Source: Takakia lepidozioides
Taxonomy: Eukaryota; Plantae; Bryophyta
Reading direction: 5' to 3'
Length of the DNA stretch: 64,000 bases
Assembly (NCBI GenBank): GCA_030704615.1
Contig: CM060734.1
Coordinates: 1,302,001-1,366,000 of the forward strand
The notes beneath the pieces were generated by a model. It did no database searches, had not been told where the DNA came from, and saw nothing but the letters and a program-made list of their open reading frames with translations. This document shows, in pieces, positions 52,733 through 64,000 of this stretch (its first letter is position 1; each line of letters starts with the position of its first letter). The position numbers and the translations under genes were made by a program.

Positions 52733-52866
52733 TTTGGGCTGATGAGCACGACCCCTGCAGGGATGTCTCTCATCTCATGAAGAATCTTCGGGTGTGTGGT
52801 GACTGCCACACTGCCACCAAGTTCGTTTCGAAGTTGTTGGCCGAATGCAGTTGTAAGGAGTATTGC
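52733..52866 (+). pseudogene. C-terminal remnant of a DYW cytidine-deaminase domain
   Basis: FGLMSTTPAG.. then LMKNLRVCGDCHTATKFVSK..ECSCKEY. The HxE motif and the RDxxRFHHF segment are absent. Confidence 0.85.
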
Positions 52867-53699
52867 ACTCGTTAGTTGTAAATAGAGTCCTTCATTCTAG
52901 GAGAGTATCAGAACTGGAATAGTACTAAAAAACTTATGCCCTTGTGTGGGCTTGCTAAATTTTTGCTCTGCCTTAGACTTTGAGGCATCCGTGGGGATGC
53001 TTGTCCAATTTCGAATTTTGTAATATAATTTACAGGGCTTGTACTCTCCTGTACATGTCAACTTATCCTCCTAGTATGTAGGACAACAGTGGCTTCCATT
53101 CTATTTTCCCAAAAACATAATGAAGAATTTAAATCAATTAATAATCTAAATTTTATAATTTTATTTATTAAATTAAAAACATTATTCAAAAAACCTCTTT
53201 ATGACATGTGTTAGTCATACCTGTGGACATGTAGTCATATAATGTAGTCATGAAGTTATATACTCATGACTACATCACTACATGTGGCATTATATGATAC
53301 GATATTCTTTCCCACATGTAGGTCATATATGTTGTCCACGTGGACACGTGTCACATCCACCGCTATGACTTGCACAACGCAGTCATAAAGGATGGTTGCT
53401 ATGACAAGGTTTTTTTTCACTACAAAGTGATGTAGTCATGAACGCATATAAGACTGAAAATATAGTCATATGTGCAGTCATAAAAACGCTCATCTGTTGT
53501 AGTGAAAACGATACGCTTATCTTACGCTCAAACGATACGTTCAAATGTATACACAAGTGAAACCATACAATCCTTTACATGTACTATAGACAATGGATTT
53601 TGTCTTGTCTTAAGGATGAGCAAACATGTTAAATATATTTGTTTCAGTCATGTTGAGTACCTCTGCTATTTGGAGATTTGGATTAGCCTCCATGTCATT

Positions 53700-54372
53700 C
53701 CCAGACTCATCCATGTCCATTGTTAGGGGAGGGAATCCTGCAAAGTCATCTTCACTGGCATTCGGGGGGCCAACCAATCTACAAAATGCATGTTATGAAG
53801 ATTAGAACTTGTGTATTAAACAATTGAACTATCATAAACAAATGGTGTACTAACTTACCCACATTCTCGCTCATTTGATTGGAACTTGGCCGCAGGCACA
53901 TGGCTCTCAATGTATCTGCCATTTTGTGTGATTTTGCGAACTCGATGGAAATTCCATGCCTCAACAAGCCTGTCAAGGTCCTCTTGCTTAGTTGGCAAGA
54001 AGACAATGTACACTGACATTTTGTGCCAAGGATCTCGGATGTCAAGAATATCCCTATTCGCCATGAGAGTCAGAAGATGCTTGAAGAAGAACATGCAATG
54101 AGTCCATATATAACGCCACCAATGCTCAATTCTCTGCACATAATATTTACAACCTTATGCATTACATTAGTTTATCCATGCTTTTGTGTAGCTACAACAA
54201 CAACAAATCAATGAAAAAAAATTAAATAAAAGAAGTGCTTCATATCTGATTATGGACAGATGCACCTGTGAGAAATGTATTAGGCACTGAAGGTCGAGCT
54301 GCCTCCATATCTTCCCGCACCAACACATGTTCACCTGCAAAATCTGATCGGATTCGGAGGGGATGTCCAAAT
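53700..54372 (-). pseudogene. IS3EU-like DDE transposase fragment with introns
   Basis: FGHP/RIRSDFAGEHVLV..FLTGASVHNQ, intron 54245-54134 (donor mutated to AT), then RIEHWWRYIWTHCMFFFKHLL..LD..VFLPTKQEDLDRLVEAWNFHRVR. The N-terminal part is missing. Confidence 0.8.
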
Positions 54373-55628
54373 CATCGAATTGTAATGACTGTGGGGCTTG
54401 TTTTGATACAACGGCAAGCAGACTTGGATTATGATTGTTGTTTATATGATATCTTTTTTATTTAATTGAATGAGCTAGAGCAGCTAGAGGCGAGCAAATG
54501 AGATAAAAACAAAGGCATCAGGACAAAATGACAAGGAAAAGAAACAACAAATCTTGGTCAATAATACACTACATCCCCCAGAAATTTTCTGTATTTCAGA
54601 ATGGGCACCTTGCTGGGCTTGCTGCACTTTACTGGCAAGAGGGGCCCAGTAACCATCAGAGAGTTCTCAATGAGTTTACTAGGCTCTCACAGGGGTATAT
54701 ATTGTATGTATTGACTAGGACTGTGTCAAGGAGTCAGGCACTCTGGTTGCACAATATAAGCTTTGGGTTTTATGATCAATGACAAAGCACTTTGTACACT
54801 AAAAATATTTTTGTATGTGACATTCTGGTTATATCTTGGGTGCACAAAACAAAAGCTGTTTTTGTCTGATCTGACATCTTGGGTGTCTGTCCTTAATGAG
54901 AACTTGCTAGGGCTTGGAGGGGATCTCAACTTGAAAAGCATAAATCAATCAAAGCTCAGTAAAGCAACCATCATGGGAAGTAAGAGTTACACATATCAAT
55001 TCCAATCTTTAACATGACGAGTGGAAATGGGTTTGGACAGTTATAGCTCTAACTTGCGAGTCCCAAGTTCCACAAGTGACACTGTAGAAATGGTCTGAAA
55101 GGTCACTTTACAAAACTTTTACATTGACATGTGGCATGTGTACTGCACATTCACTACCAATGCCCATGAGTTTAAACCACCATTTAGCTGCTGCTAAAAA
55201 GACCCAAATGGATGAGTCGCAATCCACTGGCGGAAGTGTCACTTGGAAAAGGCTTAGCTTACAAGTGTTTCTAAGACAATGGGGTAAACTACACCTATGC
55301 AAAGTTCGAACCAGTAAAATGCAATGACAATTATTAGGCACTACCAACCCTTCCTGTCTGGGATCTGTCTCCCCTGCACTACTTTGTCAGTGTCATCCTC
55401 AGGTGTAACTATTCACAGCATACAGGTCAGGAAGCAACCACAATGATGTAAGGCTGTCCAAAGCACACAGAATTAGAGGGTAAACACAGGTAGGGGTGAT
55501 GCACACGCCTCAACATCAAATCCCAATCAACCATCCACCCGAAGAGTGGGTCCTCAATCACAGTTTGCACTTAGCCAGACTACTGCTATTCCCCAGTAGC
55601 CAGAATCTACCACCACAAAACTTGTTGC

Positions 55629-56158
55629 CTAATAGTAGGGCCTGTGGCGCATAGGTCGCCTGAACATAGCCGCCTTCCTGACATGGTTTCACCCAATAGG
55701 TATCAGTTTTATGAGATTAATCCGTCAGTCTTCCGAACCTTCATGGCAACTACAGCATTTAACTCAGAGCTCTTTAGTCTAACCCATAAAAGGTAGTTGA
55801 GGTCCTTACAGATGTTCTACAGCACAGTGAGAAGTGCCAAAAAACACAGTTGCAGGCACCCGAAAAACTTTTAGCATGAAAAACTAGACATTTGTAGCCA
55901 ACATAATCATCCTTGCAAGCTGTAGACACTACTATGAAGTTAGCTTGCACCACAAACAACAAAGATTGAACTCTGCTATGAAATATGCACACCACATGAG
56001 TTAGAAAGGAAATTCCTTGTGGATACCCACCCATAACCATAGGGAGTATACCCATAGGGAGCCAGGTAGGGCCTCCTGGGGCGGTACCCATAATAAGGGT
56101 TGAATCGGCGGCCTCGAAATGCCTTCATTCCTGGCACATTAGTCCTCTTTAAGGTCAC
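55629..56158 (-). pseudogene. PABN: Captured last two exons of a nuclear poly(A)-binding protein (PABN/PABPN1-like)
   Basis: VTLKRTNVPGMKAFRGRRFNPYYGYRPRRPYLAPYGYTPYGYG, intron, then KAAMFRRPMRHRPYY*. No RRM exons seen upstream. Confidence 0.85.
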
Positions 56159-57254
56159 ATGCAACCATGTCTCCACAGAGAGACTTGTCAGCTAACCAAC
56201 CCGACTGCTACCCTTCAGAGTTGCTGTCCACTACCCAAAAGGGGTTGCTTAAGGTATCTAATGAAGGTTATAAGTACGGAATGGTCATGCTTGGAGGGAG
56301 GGAGAACGGAATGGATGACAGCAGGAGGGATACCAACAAAAAGTGCAGTGGTGGGAAATGAGCTTACCCCTGTTCTTTGCTGGTTTAATCCAGCACTTGT
56401 GACTATGAATAAATAACCATTGGGCTCCAAGGTTGTCCCAACTGTGCCAGAAAGCAAGGAAACATATAATCCATATTGACATGACAAAATATATGAATGA
56501 ATCCTTGTTCCTGCAGCTCTAGCAATCTGCCGATACTAATACTGCAATTCACCAGTCACTGGTAATTCAATAGCCTTGCCTGTGCACAGGCCAATTACAG
56601 ATTTTGAGAGAGAGCCACCTACTTGGGAAGCGTGGGCTGGGTTCACTACATCCCTAATAATATTCTCCATATTCAGAGTCCCAAACATGTGCCAACAATC
56701 TCTCCCCTTGCCCCTAGAAGCCCCACACCATCCACACAAACCCATCAGCCATCTTTCTTTAAGCTTAGCTTCAACCATCTTTTGTGGCATCAAGACTTCA
56801 GTACAAACACATGAGCAAAGACACCACGACACATGGCATAACATTGCACAATCCCATGAGGTAATAGCATCTGGAAAGCGATTTTACAGATAGAGAAAGT
56901 GGGTTTATGACAAGAGGACTTACTGGTACATCTTGCAAATCTTGCAGACCATTGACTGTTTTGTTTACAGTATTTCTCTTCTCCTACAGGCCCCAATGCA
57001 AATAGTCACACCATGCAGTAGGAGAACCAGTAAACCGAAGAAGAGCTCCAATATGTCAGGCAAAGTCAATTGCATCCACCAGGGGGAAGGGGTAGGTTAA
57101 ATATCAGGCTCCTGCAGGAAATTACTGGAAAATTCCTTACATGGAAGAACCTTTCAGTAGAAATTACAAATGGAGAGAAGTGGGTCGAAGTCATCACTGT
57201 GCTGCACTCCCATCCATGATAGAGGTCTGCTATTATGCTAGGGTACTAAGTACA

Positions 57255-58675
57255 GGGGGCCCAGGCTTCCACATGCATTGAGAACACAATTGAACGTGAC
57301 CTTGTCTGGCATCACCCTTTCCCCCATCATTTGCTCATAGATCTGAAGAGCCTCCCTGCCACAACCACGCTGAGCATATCCTGCAATCACGGTGTTCCAT
57401 GCCACCACAAATTTAAACCATGAAGGAGGGCTTGCACCAGGAGTGTGACTTACCTTTACAAAGAAAGGAAGTAAAGAGAATCTTTGTGACGTCTTCGGCC
57501 TGGATGACAATTCTACTGCCGGAATCTATCCTCCACTTTACTTCTGTGGCTATGTGAAGAAATTTTAGGGGTAGAAAAAAAGAGAAATGAAAAATGACAC
57601 TAACATCCGTGGATAGCTCAAAGAGCTTATGGACAAGAGAAAACATGAAACAAGAAAGAGAGAGGGGCCCTCCACAAGCAGCCCAATCGTTCAAGGGATT
57701 CTAAGAGTCAACACCTCATGCAGATATGCTGCTAAGAAAGAAAGAGAGTGTAGGGGCCTGCAAAGAGAGAAGGGATTGTGTGCATCATATGTTTCAATGA
57801 CTTCGCATTCTCAAGTTGCTTTCCAAACTACGAATGCCTACCTGGAGCTCCGTGACAATAAGACCTAGATGTTGAACATTTCGGTTGGAGTCTGAGAACT
57901 CATGGAGCAAGTGCAAGTTCTCCTGCACGAATTGCTGAGATTCCTGTTGGTGTTCTCCCTCTTTTCGAATAACTGCATCCTCCAACACCTTCACAAATTT
58001 TTTCCTGTCGCGATATGCAACGGATCAGGCCTAAAAGACATCCATACTTCATGTTGCGTGCGTACCACAGGGAAAGAGAATGTCAGTTCCATTCCAAGTA
58101 TCCCATACAGTTGTCAGCAAAGGTGGTCCAACTTGATAAATTGACTCAGCCCTGTCTGATTTTGCACCAGTGTGGACAAGGATGCACATGAAAAGGCACA
58201 GTGTGGGGTACTACCCCTTCCAGTATCATTTGCTCATAGATCTGCAGAGCCTCCCTACCATACCCATTCTGAGCATATCCCGTGATCATGGCGTTCTAAG
58301 AGACCACATCTTGTTGAGTCATATTGTCAAACACTTTGCGCGCTTCCTTAACGCTTCTACATTTAGCATTGACAACAAGGGCTGTCTCGAGAATGATATG
58401 TGACCCAATTCCAGCTTTGATGCTGTCAGCATGTACCTCTGTGCCCTTTCAAGAGCTTGGAGGCTCCCACACGCACGAAGAACGCAGACAAATGTCACCT
58501 TGTTTGGGGTGAAGAACCCTTGGTGTTTCACTTGCTCATAGAGGCCAAAAGCTTCCCTAGGACTCTCATACTTTTGCATATCCTGAGATCATTGCACTCC
58601 ATGAGACCACATTGCGATCAGGCGTTTTGTCAAACATTTGACGTGCATCCTTCAAGCTCCCACATTTGGCATTCT
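57255..58675 (-). pseudogene. PLS-class PPR fragments (57255-57410, 58210-58675) mirroring the left-arm copies, flanking an unidentified coiled-coil exon
   Basis: VVAWNTVIAGYAQRGCGREALQIYEQMMGERVMPDKVTFNCVLNACGSL is nearly identical to 43337-43490. Exon 57842-58015 reads KVLEDAVIRKEGEHQQESQQFVQENLHLL..ELQ followed by GT. Confidence 0.85.
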
Positions 58676-59135
58676 GTAAACACCGCACTTGAGCTTGAGC
58701 GTCAGACATTGCGCTTCAGAGAGCTCAAGAAGTAATTTTCGGTTCTTTTTGGGGCAGTCCGGGCAGGTTATACTTGAGCTTCGAAGTTATTGTGTCACTT
58801 GGCAGGGACAAAAGTGACAATATTTCTTTTCCTGGCATTACTGGACAGTTTAGCCAAACCCACGGTGACGGTGATCTTGCCCGTCGCCGTGAGCCGTCTC
58901 CGTCCCCTCTCAAATAGTACACCGTATTTGATTTAATAAAAAAAGTTTGAGAAAATTTGATGTCGCCGGGCAGCTGAAAAGTGGAATATATATCTTTTCC
59001 GGATAGTTTCGCCAAACCGACGGAGACGGTCAAAGCGTCCGTCACCATGGACGGTGACGGTGAACGGCGTCCGTCACCATTGATTGTGGCGGGCTCCGTG
59101 AGCCGTCTCCGTCCCCGCCCAAATAGTATTCCATA
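58654..59135 (-). repeat. Right TIR
   Basis: Inverted copy of 42675-43163; the spurious ORFs 42796-43086(+) and 58725-59048(-) translate almost identically. Confidence 0.93.
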
Positions 59136-59303
59136 TGAAACACCAATTTTGAAACACCACCGATGCTCTCAGTTTAATTGTTGAATTAAAAGAATAAATA
59201 AAATACAGACAAAAACAATTATCTACCGAGTGGGGAACTCAAAGGTCCAATTTCATTACTACCTAACACTGCAGCAGTAAAATCAGTTAACAAAGTACTA
59301 GAG

Positions 59304-59636
59304 AACGGGCCATGTTTGGCCGATTCTGCCCTGTAAGCGGCCTTTGGGCGAGCCCTATGGCCGCGCACAGGGCAGAGTCGGCCAACGCGGCCTGTTCACT
59401 GGCGTTAAAAGCAGGTGTGGCGGATTCTCGCCGCTATGTGGCGCAATATGATTGAGGTTCGATTATCCCATATCGATTGCCCAGATTCAGAGCCCCGAGA
59501 GGAATTGACATGGGCCTCAGTGGTAGGTCTGCCGTCCTCTCTGCGTCCATCCCTGCCGATTCTGCCCTGGGTGGCCGATTCGGCCTGAGAATTAGGCCGA
59601 AAAAGTGGCAGAATCCGCCACACCTGCTTTTAACGA
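59304..59636. repeat. Two adjacent foldback/MITE-like inverted repeats
   Basis: CGTTAAAAGCAGGTGTGGCGGATTCT (59403-59428) pairs with ~59610-59635. GGCCGATTCTGCCCTGT pairs with ACAGGGCAGAGTCGGCC within 59304-59396. Confidence 0.7.
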
Positions 59637-61479
59637 GTAATAACGCTGCTATTTTCAAACTGGCGCCATTTCACCAGTGGTGAAATTAGGGCTATGAGGT
59701 AGGGGCGCGCCACAATAACCAATGGGTCCGTGCCTGTGCACCCTCCACGAACGGTGTCCACACAGCCACGTCATGTATTTTTTGACCGTAGATGATGCAG
59801 ATAACACATCTGAGCCCTACCCCGGTACAGACACGAGGGTCGCGCAGAGCGTAGGGCTCCTTTCGCCATCCTATATTCTAAATATGCATATTATTAGTGA
59901 AGAATTTTTTTTCTAGTTAATATTTTTAGTTCATGAATGATGAACCTAAGTATTTTGTTAACAAAAGCCAAAACCACACAAAAAACCGTTAGCTAAAGCG
60001 ACATCGTAAGGGAAAATACGTGGGTATGTAAAGTGCGTTGATATAAGCCTACCCCACAAGAAGTTCGCCACGTGCCCCTCACTCATGCGGCTACGTCGGC
60101 CGGCGATGCGTGGGTCCGTGTTGTTCACCGGTTTTTCGAATTTCCTTCTACCCGAGGGCTCTACTGTTGACACAAAAGATAACTGTCTTTTTGTCCAATG
60201 GTTACTAAGGCGAGGTATACGGGGTAGGTATACGGGAGGTGAGGACCGCTGGGTGTTGTGTTAGAGGGTTTGACAGCGCCCCGTTTATCCGGTGGGTAGA
60301 CCATCTGCGTGGCCCAGTCCGAGAGGAGTAGGCTGTTTCCAATGCCGTTCCCCTCACCTGCCCGCATGCTCAACTTTGGTTACGCATTCGGTGCTGTATG
60401 AGCTCACTTACTGATGCGAAGAAAAAGTGAGGGAGATGGAGGTGTGACTTGGATGTTTATGGATGGAAGTAAATCTCCTTAACTACAAAGTAGCCATAAA
60501 ATAAAATGTGGACGCGTTGCTGAAGGAAGGTAAATTATGGTGTCTGGACCCCAAAAGCTACCCTTCCTGTGGAAGGTGGACACCTTTATGACATCCAACA
60601 TGTGGTTTGAATCCACCAACCACTAGTGACGCAGTGGTAGTGTATCCATACACGACTATGTGGCCGCTTGCTAGTGTCGGTGATCAACTTGATAGAGCAC
60701 CCAGTCAAATGCAAAAGGGGGTTAAGCTCTCACCGGGTTTTTGAGGTTTTCCTTTTGTAGAAATATGCTTTTTCAAAAGACACAATGATGTGGTGCAATC
60801 GTACTCATGTTGGCATTTTGAGCATGGGAGAGCATATCCAATATTTGATTCTCATGAGAACTGGGGTGAAGCTTGCATGGGAGTTGGTCCAAAGAGGATG
60901 CCAAAGTGTTGGTTGCCAGTATTTTGAGCCCCCACCCACAAAGGCTGGAGCGGGCGACGTCATTGGTCATGTGGGGAGATTCATTGTGAGCGGCCCTGGA
61001 AGGAGGCGGCCCATGAGGACAGAGGGACAGTGGGCCAAGCAGAAGGTGGATGGATGGTCTCACTTGTATTTCACAGTATATAGTATATACTACAGTATGA
61101 TGGTCGGGTTAACTTATTTTATTTTATATTGGAACACTTTTTAAAAGTGAAAAAGAACTAGGCATTCTTCTAAAAAAAGAAAAAGAAAACTAGGCCTTCT
61201 GTCCTGGTTATTTTTTCCAGGACCTCCTTCTTAATCATATGAGTTACAGGCTTTCTCCCCTTTTATTTATTTTTAAGAAAAAAACTAGCCTAACTCATTC
61301 GGTGATCTGACATGCCTACACCTGATTGTTTCATTTTTTGTTTTGTTTTTTAAATTGGGAAATTTGTGGAAGAATCATGGGTCCTGAAGTTGAAATTTGA
61401 TAACTTATACGGGGAAAAGAATATTGAGAAGTTTTCCTTGATATAATAAGGAAGTTGCAAAAAAATTCAACTGTGAAGA

Positions 61480-62420
61480 AATAAATCTGCCAAAGGAATG
61501 CTCCAATTTTTGCGGGTCTTGTTCTGCTCCAGATTCCTCGCCATATGATCTGCCGTTTTTCATTCTGGAAACCATACGCCGCCCACTTGCTGTCCCATTT
61601 GGATGCAGGGATTGGTTTTGAGTTGAGGCACTTGTAGGCTTTTTTGGTAAAAGTGATGGCTTGCCTTGAAGGTTCCATGCCCATTCATGTGGGTCTAGCT
61701 GCAGCATCATGAGAGGCATGCCCCCAATCCAGATGAAGGTGTTTCCGTGACTCCAGTGGATCAATTCTGAGCCTGGAGGTTTCGTGGGGTTCATGAGTTT
61801 GGTGTCTGATGATCACTGGCAAATCCTGACAGGGGAGAAGCTCCCTCCCTTGATGGAGACTGGGAGAGCTTGCGCGAGGGTCAGAGTGTATGTTTGGGGG
61901 CAGCAAGCCATGGCAAACCAAAGATTTGAGTGCTGCTGCATTCCAAGATGTACATGACCTGACCAGGTCTTCTTGAGCAGGTGATCCAAGTGTCAGGTAG
62001 GGGGGGTAACGGCCCCTGCTGGAGGATATGGAGCCATGATGCAGGAATAGATTGGATTACGTTGATGTAACCTGCATTTCCTCTTGCGGTGCCAACGATA
62101 TGGTTTATATGGTTTTGGTCCCAGGGTGCTATGCCTGACCAAATGTTTCCAATTTTGAAATGTCTAGGTAGTCCCAGGCTGACCAGCGTTTTGCAAATTC
62201 CCGAGCCTCTTGGCTGTGAACATTGGAGTTCAGAAAGAGGTGTTGTCGAATAACTTCTTCATATGAGGAGGGCTCGGATTTGATGAGGTAAGGTCTTAGC
62301 CTACCCCATGCCTTCCAAATTGCATTCCATAGAGGGGAACTAGGCTGCTTGTGTCTGAATCCGTTTACTATCCACCGGGAAGACTGACCATTGGGCATTT
62401 TTTAGGGGGGGGAAATTGCC
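61480..62420 (-). mobile_element. L1-type LINE ORF2 C-terminal fragment (post-RT, start of zf-RVT region)
   Basis: SPLWNAIWKAWGRLRPYL..HLFLNSNV and FTKKAYKCL..IWRGIWSRTRPAKIGAFLWQI. Confidence 0.75.
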
Positions 62421-64000
62421 TGCTCTGAAAATAAACATAAAACAAAAATCACCACTAAAATACTATAATGTATTGCCTAACCCCACCACCTCCGATATCG
62501 TTGATGTCAAGTAGCTTTTATGTGTTCATTTGAATAAATAGCTAGGACCCAAGGGATGGGGACTATAAAACTTGAAAATACAAATCTCCCCCCTTATCAA
62601 TCACCCAATGGATATGACAATTCAAATTCCATATCCATAACATGGGGATTTTGAAAACTTATTACAAGATCAATACCCGGCATTAACCTTTAAAAATAAA
62701 AAAATAAAAACAGCGACACCTATTGAAACAGGTATTCCATTAGAAAACATATATTTGAAATTGGCGTCACTGACGTGGCTTTAGGAAGGGCAAATCCAAG
62801 GGTCAATTAACTTCCGATCAGCCTAAGCACAAAAGAGGAAGGATGTAGGTCATCTTTAGCTCTTATTCTTACCTACCTTGCTTTTATCACTGTTTACATC
62901 TCTGTCTCTCTCTGCATATCACTATCTTATCACTCTGCTTCCATCATCTCAGGCAGCCTTTATAGGAGCAGTGTCTCATTTATCAGCCTTCATGGCCTTT
63001 GTAAGGTTATTTTTTCTTTACCTTTTTTAATAAATTACGAGGGCTTCTTCCCCTCTTACCCAAAAAAAGAAAAGAAAAACAAAAAAACAATACACTTATC
63101 CTGATGGGTATGAAACCCGCCCAACACTTGTACCTTCCAAAGTACCTACTACCCAACGAGTACCTCTTTCAACCCTTATTATTATTATTATTATTGTCTT
63201 TCACTTTTTGTTACAATCTGACCCCGAAATTAAGTTACTACATCCGTCCTCCGAACTTGTTTATAATCCAAAAAATTGAACCAACAACATAGGTGTGCCA
63301 TTTGAAGTCTTGGGCGGAACCTAAAGATGCGATGGCAGTTACTGATTGGTCTCAATTTTTTTGGGGACCTCACATGGATGCCCTTGACACTTCAACCGGA
63401 GGGATTAGGAATTGAACGGCTGAAATTTTTTGTAGAATATTTGGAAGAGAGATTTTGGCCTGCCCAAAGAAAATAGCATAACTTGACCCCCCCCCCTTTG
63501 TCACTACAAAGGAGCCCACTTGAGAACATTTACCCTAAAACTGAAAACTTCTGAGGATATGTGTTCACTGTTATCAGGTAGGGAACAACATTCTTGAGAC
63601 TCTTTAAAAAAAAAAACTGCCAAAGTATTGCCAAAAAAAAACTGCTTTTTTTGGCACCTATTTCTTAGTGGAGAGTTGTTTTTGTCCCCACTCTGCACTT
63701 TATAATCTGCAGACCTGTTGGATTTTGATGAAACTTTTTGTGGGAGGAGGTGGGGTAGGTGGGAAGTAATTCCAACGGTCAGTTTTACAGGGACACAGAG
63801 AATCTCCAGATTATTTTTATTTTTTTGGTGAACAGGGGACAGAGGCCCAAAAAAGTTTTTGTGGGCCAGGGTCAAATTTTTCCACCAAAGGGTGAAAATG
63901 AGTTTAGGCATTAAGGGTTAAAGGGCCTCCGTCCCCTTTCGTTAAAAAAAAAGGAAAAAAAAGAGCAGGCAATTTTTGGTTCGACCACCAAATTGAGTGT

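Larger units (their letters stand above)
47764..53504. mobile_element. Non-autonomous CACTA element B carrying PPR/PDF/DYW cargo, nested in the IS3EU-like element
   Basis: Perfect 29-bp TIR CACTACAACAGATGAGCGTTTTTATGACT (47764-47792 and 53476-53504). TSD AAA. (A)TGACTAC/GTAGTCAT subterminal repeats. Confidence 0.94.
42675..59135. mobile_element. IS3EU-like DNA transposon (16.5 kb, non-autonomous) with captured host gene fragments
   Basis: TATGG..CCATA termini. 6-bp direct repeat TGAAAC at 42669-42674 and 59136-59141. Near-identical TIRs of ~490 bp. Internal transposase remnant. Confidence 0.85.

Overview
Repeat-rich nuclear DNA from a land plant, probably a non-seed plant (inferred from abundant PLS-class PPR/DYW pieces and moss-like transposon remnants). 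The only clearly intact gene is a six-exon plastid BASS3-like transporter (38356-41482, minus strand). Three DNA transposons with verifiable ends carry PPR gene cargo. Two are non-autonomous CACTA elements with different TIRs (8023-15460, TSD AAG; 47764-53504, TSD AAA). The third is a 16.5-kb IS3EU-like element (42675-59135; TATGG..CCATA ends, 6-bp TSD TGAAAC, ~490-bp TIRs, transposase remnant) that also captured PHT4 and PABN exons and hosts the second CACTA. The CACTA cargo is a shuffled mosaic of an apparent source gene that joins an OSB-type PDF ssDNA-binding motif to PLS-class PPR repeats, with a DYW remnant in one element. Also present: a Galadriel-like Ty3/Gypsy element with both LTRs and a truncated relative, both inside a ~119-bp satellite; a LINE with chromodomain-like, RNase H and CCHC/RHN parts; an L1 fragment; and CASP-like and other pseudogene fragments. 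All calls were made by eye. Coordinates of degenerate pieces are approximate.
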